Part shown: piece after piece, positions 27,601 to 39,359 of the stretch
Position numbering within the stretch: the first letter of the stretch is position 1
Layout: every line of letters starts with the position of its first letter
Assembly: GCA_028023455.1 (NCBI GenBank)
Contig: JAQFVV010000001.1
Coordinates: 27,342,001 to 27,406,000, forward strand
Reading direction: 5' to 3'
DNA length: 64,000 bases
DNA from: Epiperipatus broadwayi
Taxonomy: Eukaryota > Animalia > Onychophora
Notes under the pieces: generated by a model
The model's database searches: none
Told to the model about the DNA's origin: nothing
The model's input: only the letters and a program-made list of their open reading frames with translations
Program-made: the position numbers and the translations under genes

Positions 27601-28329
27601 AAATTATTGGATTATGTTACAAATGGAAATAGTGATATGAGAATCAGTCAGAGTTAGACAATGGATCACTGAAAATAAGATAACATAGATCCATTTACAT
27701 TTAAACTTTTCACATCCATTATATTAGTTTTTATTTAGCACTTCCTAAAAGAAGTTTATTAACTGGGCTATCTTCTTATTTGTGCAACATAGAGGTGAAA
27801 TTTTCAGAATTTAGTCGACTTTATTATGGTATTTTTTTATAATTTTGTTTGGATGCATCTTATTATAACTATCATTTTTTAAAATGATAGTGCTTTATTT
27901 CAAATAGTCTCTACAGCCAAATATTGGGTTGAAAAATATAAAAATGTTATTAGCTATCTTTCTCTCCTCCATCCCTCAACCATCTGGTTTAAATACTGTA
28001 TTCATATCCTATTTTAGTCATTGAACAACTAATGGAAATCTCTAAAAACTTAGACTTTTTTTTTCATCATAGAGAGAAGCCTTTTCGTAATGAAATTTTT
28101 TTACAATGATTAGATTAATACTCTTCTAGATATTAATGAATGCAAACAATTTGTATTGTTAATGATAATACATACATTCCTACACACATAAACACATAGC
28201 CACTCATAAAAGATTACAACTTCAAGAAAAAAATAACCTTTAGAAATGTCTTTTCTAATATTTATATAAACCAGTTCATAAACCACAAATCTGTTCACAT
28301 ATAAAATATGATGGTTCATTTTTGTTTAT

Positions 28330-31000
28330 TTGATATTTAATGATATTGTCTTAATCTTTTCAGGAGAAAACTTTTCTTTCTGAAATACTTCAACACCATG
28401 GTTAATTGTAGCTTTCCAATGTATTCTAATCTCTGCTAAATCTTCCCAATAGAAGTAATCAGCATTGTACTTTTAGAGAATGTCTTTGAAATAATCCTTC
28501 TACTTCTCCCATGAAAATCATGTTTAAATTCATTTGTTTTACATGATTAATCCAGCAAAGATTTGATATCTGGAAAATTGAAAAACATATTGATTGATTT
28601 ATGATCTTATTATTGTATTTTTAAAATTTTATGGAACATCCTTAAATGAAACTTTTCTAATACCTTTATAATGTATTGATAGGATATTCAAGTCTCACTT
28701 CCATACTATAATTTAGATAAAGTAACAGCTCTATATACAGCTAAATTAGTTGCTGTAGCAGCATATAAGTCTGCATTATACTTTAGTCTCTAAGTCCATC
28801 TTTTTATTTATAAAACTGCCAAAGTATTTAAATTGGTTTACATTCATAAGTTGATAATCATCCGAGGTAAATATTTTCTGTCATTGGCTAATATAGAATT
28901 GGAGTTTTGAATATTAATTATCCAACCAAAGTTTTTTTATGTTGCATTCAAAACATTAAGTACAATCTTTAAACCGTTTTTTGAACGGGAAAAAATACAT
29001 AATTATCAGCATACTGTAAAACTATAATAATGCAAGAATGTTGTTGTTTTTGTTTTTAATCGATTCAAATTAAAAAATTCTATCACCAAATGTCTATCGC
29101 ATCCCTGTCATATAAAATGAAAACAATTATGGAGCAAGTACACATTCTTATTTTGTACCAGTTTTTATTTTAAATATCTTAGATTATCCATTTGTAATAA
29201 TAACATTTTCTCTCATTACATCATGTAGAAACTATATGCTATAAACAAATTTTGATGGACAAATAATTTATTTCTAACAGTGCCATAGATCTGTTTGATT
29301 GATACAGTCACATGCTTTAACCAAATCTAGTAAAAGCATTATATAAGTCACTCTTGCTTCTAATATTTTTTTTATTTTCCTGGCAGTAAAAACCATGTCT
29401 ATAGTGTTCCTTGATTTTCCAAAACCACATTGAATCTCTAGTAATTATTCATCTATGACTGGAAACAAAAGTACCTTTATTTTGAGAACAGTAATGATAT
29501 TCCATGTCAATTATTTACACTTTTACATATTTTCTTTATTTTTAAAAATTGGAACAAAAGAAGCTTAAAAATCAAGCGATAGAACTTCACGAGTCATATA
29601 TATATGTCAGAAATTTGAATATTTTTGAATCTAATATATTATCATTATATTTAAAAATTTCTGGTATTTTACCAGGATCTGGAACTTTCCATTTTTAAGA
29701 TTTCAAAGTGTTATTTTGACTTAACTGAATATTCTTGTTCAAATCTAAATGATAACTGAATATCCTTCTTCAAATGTAAATGATTAGATAAATCGGATAT
29801 ATCCTTAAAAGTCGCCATCTTACTTCTTATATTATTATTTAAAAGGTAATCTAAATATTTTTTCGACCTGTTCATTGCTGGATTTAATAAACCATATATT
29901 TCTTTCAGTTTACTTTTGCAGTTTTAATCCACCAATCATTTTTAAGCTTTCTTTTCAGTCATTGAACTTCTACCTTCAGATCTTAATCTGTTATTCTGCC
30001 GACAAAAAATGCCTCACTAATAAAATGATCATATGTCAGAAAAGCAGTCATGGTTCTACTCTTTGATGAATCCAAGAATAAATTTACTTGTATCCATAAC
30101 ACACTTCTTAAGAGAATTCCATGCTTCAGTAATATGACTATCCTGAATGTTCAGATTAACAATTTATAATGTATTAGCTACTTGTAAAGAACAAACTTCA
30201 TTTTTTTTGCGAATATAATTGAAATAAGATTTACTTTTTAACACAACTCTCATTTTAATCTGGGGGTACCCTAATCTATGAGTCATATAAAAATATGTGC
30301 CTGTAAATATTCCATGAATATGAACTTTTTTTTGTATTCTTATTTTTAACTATAATGTAATCTATTAAATGCCATTGTTTTATGTGTGTATATATCCATG
30401 TTTCTTTATACAATTTTTCTGGCTGGACAACATTTTTGTGATAATCAAATCATGTGTTGTGCAAAAATTTAATAACAACAAATCATTTGAATTTATAGCA
30501 TAAATACCATTATTTCTAACAACATTTATTTATTAATTGTACAAAAACATGCATTAAAGTCTCCAAGAAGAAAATTTATTTAATGGTATTGCTGTAAGGA
30601 ATAAAACTTTTTTTTTTTTTCTGAATCTAAGGTTAGAGTATAGGCATTAATAAAATGATCATTTCTATCATTGTACAAGGGAAGTTTTTTACCATTAGCT
30701 TTCATTGGTATAATGAGGAATTCTAAAATAAAAGAGATTAAATTAGATTTCATAGCTAATCCAATATATCATGCATTTTTTTTTTGCACTGATCTGCCCT
30801 TCCAAAAAAATTTATAACCATTCACTTGTTCTATTAAACTTCCTTCTTCTGGAAAACTAGTTTCACTAAGAACAGCTACATTGATCTTAAATGCTGATAG
30901 CTTTTTAGCCACCACTGAAATCAGGTTCCAAATTAATTTATTATGATTGTACTGCCTCAATAAAAGATCTGATGTTGACTGTCAGCCTAATAAGTCTGTC
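28330..31000 (-). mobile_element. Decayed RTE (BovB-like) LINE, EN through C-terminus, with internal deletions
   Basis: EN: ORF 30769-30960, INVAVLSETSFPEEGSL...GYKFFWKG. RT: NVNQFKYFGS...AVYRAVTLSKL*YGSET*...LEKFHLRMFHKILKI (~28620-28860). C-terminus: YFYWEDLAEIRIHWKATINHGVEVF (~28380-28470). Confidence 0.85.
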
Positions 31001-31988
31001 AATATCAATGCTACCCTAATTCTCAAGGGCTTGAGTTAAAACAAAAAATTGGAAAAAGAAATTGTTGCCAAAAATTCTGTGAATGTAATTAAAGAATGGA
31101 AATGTGGTACAAACACACAATCCCATTGTCACAGCTAATATAGAGAAATGATTGACAGCATGAGAGGCTCATTATAATCAGATCTTACATTAACTTAAGA
31201 GAGATTGTTTGTATCAGAGACAGTTCCTAGCCTTTGATGATCCAACATCCTATCCTAGATTGTAGCAGGAGGTATTCTTGTTTGGGCATTATTAATTTCT
31301 TATTGAAAGTTATTCTTCATTTCTGAAGTCATTTCATTATCTGCCACTTATGCAACCCCTTGTAAATGATAATACCATGTTAATAAAATATCATAGACAT
31401 TTTATTATTTTATTGTCAGTCTATAATATATATATATGATAAAACTTCTTATCTGCAGAATTAATAATAAATTTGATAATAAATGATAATAAATTTTTCA
31501 AATTTATTTTGTATGTAGATATTTTGATCTGTGAATATTACTAATTAAGTATATTTTGTACAGCAAATTTTAATTGGATATAATGTTTAAAATAAACTAT
31601 AGAATGGAATAGTTCAGTATTGACACAGAATTTGCTATTATATCAAAAAAAAAAAAAAAGTGCCTGTTGCTATTACTGTCTTTGAATGTGAAACTTGAAC
31701 TTTTCTAAGATGCTGTGCACCCCAAGTTAGAATAACAAAGTGAAATAAAGAATAAATTATAATCGACTCTGGAATAATGATACCATATTATTACTATCTG
31801 ATACAGTTTAAATGTAAACCAAGTAATCATGCATTTTGTTTTATATACCATTCTTAATTAACAATATTCCTAATGACAATGTAACTTCCAATATCAAACA
31901 GCTAATAATGAAATAAAAAAAAAAGTAACCATTTATATAAAGAATGTTAGTTGAAAGAATACTGTGAATAACCAAAAGAAAAATTTAG

Positions 31989-32680
31989 TTGTACTTTTTA
32001 ATAGTGATATTAGCGATTAAGCCAATGCACATGCACTTTAAAGATAAATTATAAATGAATATTCTCACTTTTCCAGACACAAGATATAGTTTTTTAGAAA
32101 AGATGGAATGAATCACCCATCCTTTCGACCCAAACATTTATATATGGCAAATCTTAAACGTATGGAAATGAGAGCGTGAAGATGTTAAGCAATCACTTTA
32201 AATTACATTTATTATGCTTGAATGAATGGCACTTGCGAAATCTTTACAATTTACGATACGTCATTCTTTAGTTGAAATTAAATATATATAATGAGATATT
32301 ATTTTATATAGCCCTATGTTTTTATACTGTAATAATGATATTAGCGATTAAGCCAATGCAAATGACATGTGCTTAAAGATAAATTATAAATGATTACTCT
32401 CACTTTTCCAGACACAAGATATAGTTTTTTAGAAAAGATTGAATGAATCACCCATTCTTTGTATGGGCAAATCCATACGCTTAAGATTTGCCCATACATA
32501 AATGTTTGGGTTGAAAGGATGGGTAATTCATTCCATCTTTTCTAAAAACTATATCTTGTGTCTGGAAAAGTGAGAGTATTTATTTATAATTTATCTTTAA
32601 AGCACATGTGCATTGGCTTAATCGCTAATATCACTATTACAGTATAAAAACATAGTGCTATATCTCATTGTACTTTTTAA
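31989..32680. mobile_element. Young non-coding insertion: ~330-bp-period tandem copy followed by an inverted copy, with a 13-bp TSD
   Basis: TTGTACTTTTTAA at 31989-32001 and 32668-32680. + copies start ~32001 and ~32331; the - copy is at ~32473-32668. The copies are nearly identical. Confidence 0.88.
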
Positions 32681-33684
32681 ATAAATTTTTCTTATTAAAT
32701 ATTGGCCAATAATATTAATTTAGTAAATATACAAGAGCTGTTAACAAGTGAACAGTAATTTAATAATTTTAAACTTGCTTTCTAGCTATTAATCAAAAAA
32801 GCAAGTCATATATAATGTGACATTACCTTTATAAGCTTGTATTTACAAAAATGTAATATAGAGAGCGTACCAATAGCTCAAACAAGCTCTTAATTGATAA
32901 GTGCAGTATGAGAAAGTATTTAAAATCTCTAATTGTGAAAATCCCCCCTCTCCCCATTTAGTAATAGCAAGTTTTATTTTGTATTATTTTTTTTCTTAAA
33001 CATTTGAATATAGTAATACATCATTGAATCTAATTAGTGATATTTCATAGAATTATGCTTTTAAAATACAAGATAATAAACAATAATTTAGAAATTATAA
33101 AATTACATTATTAATAATTAATTATTTTCTTTCCTTTTTACCTTTTTTCAGATTTTCTGTTTTCATATATGTCTATTTTGAACAATATATATACCAACAT
33201 ACCACTGTTTCATTTTTTCAGCTTACTGTAGTGAACTAGTTGTTGCTCAAACTTAGCATTGGCAATGTTAGAATAAAGAAAAAACAAATTTATATGATAT
33301 CAATGAATATCATCTTACTAAATGTTATAGTTATATTGTTAATATTCAAAATTAAACAGATTTAAAAGTTTGTCTTTATCTCACTGGAAGTTTTTTTTTT
33401 TGTTTCCTAGAATAAAAATCTTAAACAAAATTTCAATAATAAAAAAAAAAAAGTAGTAATTATATTTATTGAGCTTCAAATCAAATTTCTTGAATTCATA
33501 ATAAATTAGGAATTTTGGTATTTACATCTTTTTATAAACTAAAAAAATGTGCTCACCAATTTGTCTTATATACTGGTTTAGCAGTTTGATAATGAATGTG
33601 AATTGTTTTTCTAGAATATCATTTAAATTACCAATTCAGTAAATCTGAAATGTGATTTTTTTTTTCCATTTTAATTATAATTAG

Positions 33685-33807
33685 GCAACAAGGAAACCTT
33701 AGATGTGCAACCCAAAGAAAAAGGTCTGGATGTGAGGCAAGAATTACTCAAGTTTCATAGCAAGTATTATTCATCAAATATTATGGCATTTGCGGTTCTT
33801 GGAAAAG
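33685..33807 (+). CDS. IDE: IDE coding exon ([41 protein letters not shown]), 123 bp
   Basis: TTAG acceptor and G|GTATG donor; phase 1 at both ends; IDE match. Confidence 0.97.
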
Positions 33808-33890
33808 GTATGGATTTTCATTAATATTATCATGAAAATTAATATTATTGATTTTATAAAGTAATAAATTAATAAAATTTATTTTTGAAG

Positions 33891-34003
33891 AATCTTTAGA
33901 TGAGCTCATGGAAATGGTTTTAGAATTGTTTTCTCATGTGCAGAATAAAAATATAATCATTCCAGAATGGCTAGACCACCCATTTGGACCTGAACAACTT
34001 AAG
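33891..34003 (+). CDS. IDE: IDE coding exon (ESLDELMEMVLELFSHVQNKNIIIPEWLDHPFGPEQLK), 113 bp
   Basis: TTGAAG acceptor after an 83-bp intron and AAG|GTAAAT donor; IDE match. Confidence 0.96.
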
Positions 34004-34695
34004 GTAAATGTCACTTTTCTTTTGATAAAGCCATAATAACTTTAGGAGCATTGATAAAAAAATCTTAGTTCCATCTATAACAAATAAATAAAATTATGTT
34101 AGTATTTATTTTTTATAATGGATGGTAATTTAAAATATTTTATTTACAGTATAAAATATTCCAGTATTATTATTATATCATTGGTTATATTTTATATGAT
34201 TTCAATTCGTTTATCAGTATTGTTTTCTAAGATTTGTAAATGATACGATTTTTGCAGCTTAGTTGTCAAATTGGAAGTGACTAAGGTTTGATATTGCTTA
34301 CCATTTGAATTTAATGATTTTTTATCTAGAAAATAGTTCCTTCAAAGAATTTTTAGTTCAGTTGAAATAAATTGATGAGCATACCAAAATGAATTTCACT
34401 GTAATTAGACAAGCCATATTGTAATCAAAGCAAAATAAAAAAAAACAACAGAAAAGCAAAGGATATACACAGAATTAAAAAAGTAGCCACCAGAAACTGA
34501 GTTAGTGCTAAGAAAATTGACAGTGAAGTACTTATTTTTATTAGAAATTAACATAAACAATACTGAAGGAAATAACAAAGCTAACCAACATAAATCTTAT
34601 AACAGTTGCAAATTCTCTATGCAGTAGTATTAAGTCTTAGTAATCAATGAATGTGAAAGGTTTGAGCATAAAATTCTTATCTAGTGCATTCAATA

Positions 34696-34737
34696 TTGCC
34701 AGGCTAGTTTCTAGCTTTTGGCTTTCCTCATTAAGAG
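34696..34737 (-). ncRNA. Degenerate paralogous hammerhead motif
   Basis: Minus strand: ctctta-aTGAGGA-aAGCcaaaaGCTa-GAAA-CTAG-cC-tggcaa. C3 and U16.1 are mutated; the palindromic CTAG helix III is retained. Confidence 0.55.
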
Positions 34738-35214
34738 TCTTGGTTTTGAGACTACTGCACCTAGATATTAGGATCTAGTATAACCCTCCAGAAGCAACCT
34801 TTTACTTATTTATTAAAGCTAGGAGCCCAAAATGGAAGCATAATAATGTTTTCAATCCAAGCTCATTCTCTTGCTTATTCATAATAGATATGAACTCAGT
34901 TCAGCATGTATAGATTTTGTTGTCTTTAGTTTTTCAAAAACTATAGTCACCATTATCCCATGGGCAGGATTGGTATAAAACCATCAAAACATCACCTAAT
35001 AGCCATTTTCTATGTTTACATAAGCTATTAATAACTAGTAAACTCTCTATACAGTAGTGCCACTGAGTGCAAGCCTTAGTAATCAATGGATGCAATAAAG
35101 TTTTATGCCTAAAATCTCTATCTAGTGCCTACTCAGCTTTATAATTAACTAAATAGTTAAAAGATGGCTTCTGGAGTGTTGCATTAGATCATGCAGTGTT
35201 ATCACATGCAAGGC

Positions 35215-35256
35215 TTCTCACTGACGAAAGCCATAAGCTAGAAACTATTCTGGGGA
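35215..35256 (+). ncRNA. Type I minimal hammerhead ribozyme motif (one helix III mismatch)
   Basis: TTCTCA-CTGACGA-aAGCcataaGCTa-GAAA-ctat-TC-TGGGGA. CUGANGA core at 35221-35227, 3-bp helix II, GAAA at 35241-35244, UC site at 35249-35250, and a 6-bp helix I (with GU pairs). Confidence 0.7.
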
Positions 35257-36399
35257 TATTAGATGAATAGGCACTAGATAAGGATTTTATGCACAAATCT
35301 TTTTGCATCCATTGATGGCATTACTGTATGGAGAGTTTGTTACTATTTATATTAACAGCTTGTATGAGCATAGGAAATGATGATCATATAATGTTTTGGT
35401 GGTTTTAAAACTAATGGCAGTCAGTAGAAACACTGTAATAACATAAATTATCCAAGAAATGAAAGTTTTTTTTTGACATGATGATAGTAGCAATAACAAG
35501 ATGATAGTAGTAATAAGTATTAAGAAAATAATAGAAGTTATAAATAACATTCTTTAAACTTATGTTTCTATAATAATTTTCAGGTTTTCTAATATTAAGA
35601 GCATTCCTTGATATTTTAAAATAATAGAGGACAAGCTAACTTAGGCAGGAATGGCCTTTCTTTAGAATTGCTCATAAAGAGATAAATAAATGCGATCTAC
35701 AGTACAATAGAGATTAAAACGAATACAGAAAATGGGGGGGATAGGCAGAAATAACTGACTTGCTTTCAAGTTATAAGAAACCACTAAACATCACATGATC
35801 ATCATTTCTTATGCTTGCTCATAACTGTTATTAAAACAGGCAAAACTCTCCATATAGTACTGCCACTCAGTGCAAGCCAGAATAATTAATGGATGAGTAG
35901 GCAATAGATAAGAGATTTTATGTACAAGCCTTCTGGCATCCATTAATTACTTTGGCTTGCACTGAGTGGCACTACTGTTTGGAGAGTTTGACCTGTTTTT
36001 ATAAGAAACTTATTAAAAATGACAATAGATATCAGAGAGGAACTTCAAATTAAGAGAAATTTACAGCATGGATATAGATTTGTGACATGTAAACTATAAT
36101 ATGTTAATTTTTGTTATAAAATCTTAAGTGATTTAAAATTCAGATAGTTAACAATTATTGTGATAGAATTGCTAATATAGATAACAGTATTGAAGACTAA
36201 CTTTTTCTGTATGGTGATGACTAAAGAATTTTAGAATGATAAATGAGGAAAAATGGTAAATATTAAGAGTGACTATATATATTTTTGAACATTGTTGAAA
36301 ACAAAACAAAAAGCAAAAGCTATAGTGGAAGGGAAGTAAAAATATTATTTCTATCATATGCCACTCATGAACAATGCTTTTATCTATATTTAGTAGAAA

Positions 36400-37650
36400 A
36401 TATTCATAAGTTTAAGAATTTGCAAAGTAAATGATGGAGTAAGGGATAATTGAACTCAGTACGATCTTAATTTAACAGTGTATTGTACCGTAAGTAATCA
36501 TGTAATATAAGGGTAATGTTGTATCTCAGGAAAATAAAGTCAATGATCAAGTGTGGAGATTGTTCTCATCCTAAGATGAAAGAAGTAGTTTGGAGATTTG
36601 ATGGGATCAAATAATATATATATATAATAGATCAAAACTCAGACCATAACAAGATTGATCTTAGCAATGACATCAAAAATATTTTGCATTTTATTCTTTA
36701 TTGGGCAATGTACAATTTACCATAATATCTATTTAATTTACAATAAAATAATAACAAAGTGATCAAAGAGTTGTTGCTAAGCTAAAGTAAATTTAAATGT
36801 CAGTGAAACCTTCCAACTACAATTTTTCTGGCAAGAAATTCAATTTTAGGCTATGTTATAAATGAAAAGAAGCCAACTTTTGCCAGATAATTATAATCAA
36901 AGAGTTTAACAGTTTCAGGATTTTATGCCATAGATCAGTCTCTGATATGTGGAATTAATATAGATTTTTATATAACATGAAATATAATTTAATAAAAAAA
37001 ATATTACATTTTGTATGGAGATGTATTAAAACATTTAGAAGAATAAAAATAGCCTTGATTTAATACATATATCTTAGTCACATGGATTGAATGTTGGAAA
37101 TATTATGCCTATTGAGGTTAGAGGGAAAACTTTCAGTATGGTTAAGAAAAAGAGACTCTAGCAACTTTAGAGTAGTTGTGATATTTTAGAGTCATCATAT
37201 AAGGAAATTTAGTTGGTGTTATGTCCGATCTTTAACTGGATATCCTTTGTGCTTAAATGATAAGATAGTCTTTTAAGAATATGATTTAGAAATTATTCAT
37301 TTACCAGACTTCAAAAAATTTGTAGCATGTACATCTGGAAGAAATCACCTTATAAGATAGAAGAAATTATAGATGAGAATGGCCAATGAAATTAACCATA
37401 TGCTAATATTATATGAATGATTTATTTATTAATGAATAAGTTGAGTCAAAAAAATAATGTTTTAGTTGCAAAAAGTTTCTGGAAAATATTTGCTTTACAC
37501 TGAGAAGTGTGAAGAAAAGTGGAATAATTTCAAGATATCAGAAGTAATATATTCAATACATTTACATCATTTAGAAAATGTATTAGATATAGTGGATGCA
37601 CTTTCTTGCACCTAGAGAGCAAAGAAGGAAGAATATTCTCACTTGCTAAT
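36400..37650 (+). mobile_element. Heavily decayed Gypsy-type RT/RNase H remnant
   Basis: Motif remnants in the expected order: WRF (~36590), KIDL (~36650), LGYVIN (~36847), and ENV..DALS (~37575-37610). Confidence 0.45.
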
Positions 37651-39359
37651 AATGATTTTTTTTTTTTACTAGGTTTCAAATAGCCTTTCTCATTTTTCAT
37701 CAAAAAAAAAAAAAAAAATCTTGTTTAGAAGTCTAATTTCAAACATATAATCGACATTCAGTATATAATTAACGTTTTTGAATGTTTAATTATTAATATC
37801 GTGGAACTTTTATTCCTACATTGTCATATATTATTTAAACTGATTTTTAAATTCTGAAAACTTCAACAACATGCCTAGAATTTTGGTGGTAATTGCATAT
37901 ATATAATTTTAATCCTAATTCGCCTAAAAAATGATGTTTGTTAAATAAATAACTCTTTTGATGTGAACAACAATAATAGTAATAATAATAATAATAACTT
38001 CTATTATGGATTAGATGACCAGGGTAGCCAAGCAAGAAATTTTTCACTGAATATTTCTATCTGCCTATGAAAACTGTCAGAAAAAAAAATAATAATAATG
38101 AAACTTATAGTTTTTCTTTATTGACTTTTCTTCAATTACTATGATTTTAATCTTCAAATTTTAAATGGCAGAACGATTTTTGGGACAATTTTGTATTTAT
38201 ATATATGTCTGTTTTGTACACAGTACGTAGTGTATTTGAATACTATTTTTAAATAAAATTTTAACTAAACAGTTTTTCATTAATTTCTTCTCGCATATTA
38301 AGTATCAATTGATAACACATCCCCAATCCTGGATTTGGAAAAGTTATCATTTTGACAGATCTGATTTACAATCCAAAAAAATATTAAATTTATTAGTTGT
38401 TTTTTAAAATTAGATTTGATTTTTTATCAATAGAAATTTATAAACAGTGGTGTCTGTAAATACAGATGTTTCTCTGAAAGTTTGTAGTAATGGATTTTAC
38501 TTGTGGTAATATGTTGGATTATTTCCTTCCTGTATTTTAATTGTTAAATGTTTTTATTTAGAAAAATTATAACTTTAGTATTTTTTATATGTATTCAATT
38601 GCTAATAATAACAAACAAATTAGTATATAAAAGAATGTTTTAAGTGTTTGTTTTTTTTTTTTTCTTCAGTGACATTACTAATTAACATAGGAATTTAAGT
38701 AATGACTTTAGATTAATAAATACAGAATTTAAGATGATGTTCTTACTAACTAGATGTTTCTGACAAAGGTAAAAGCAGTAAAAATTTTATATACTTTTCT
38801 ATGAGGTTTTTTTTTATTTCTCCATTTTTTTTCTTTTTATGAGTAACATTAATTAATGGTTTCCAAATTTTATGGATTACCACAGTAACTTGGCTTAAGG
38901 CTTTTTTGCCATTTTATATGAGCAGCATGCATGGTATGCTGCTTTAGATATATTTGTATTTCCTCTCTTGTTATGATTTTGTCTTCTAATTATTTTTTGA
39001 TAGGTCAACTGATTCATTGATATGTCCTATTATCAGATGATATTTCAAACATAAAATTTCCTTTTTTCAGCATTTCAAGATTATGTTTATAGAGGTTAGG
39101 ATTTTTTGCAATGTGATGTGATTTTGCAAAGCTATTTTGATTGCAGATTTATTTTGGTTTTGGTTCCTCTATTATCACTAGTATATGTAGATACACTGTA
39201 GTATCTATTATTAGTTTTTTTATTTATTTATTTATTTAAATTTTTTTAAATAATAGTGATGGATAATCATTGAGATTTTGTACTATGTTATATATTTTTT
39301 CTTTTAAGTCACTAGGTTCTGACCAAAACATGTTTACTCTGTTTCACAGTAATAATAAC

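Larger units (their letters stand above)
34599..36003. repeat. Array of five partial copies of one non-coding unit (A+, B+, C-, D+, E-), PLE pseudo-LTR / retrozyme-like
   Basis: A ~34599-34820, B ~34979-35134, C ~35135-35408 (inverted), D ~35777-35895, E ~35892-36003 (inverted). Shared blocks include AACTCTC-ATA-AGTAGTGCCACT-AGTGCAAGCC and TATCTAGTGC. The unit contains a hammerhead motif. Confidence 0.85.

Noticed and set aside
27100-30300. Possible nested gene, NUMT or endogenous viral sequence
   Set aside because: The translatable minus-strand parts are RTE LINE motifs; no mitochondrial or viral motif was recognised.
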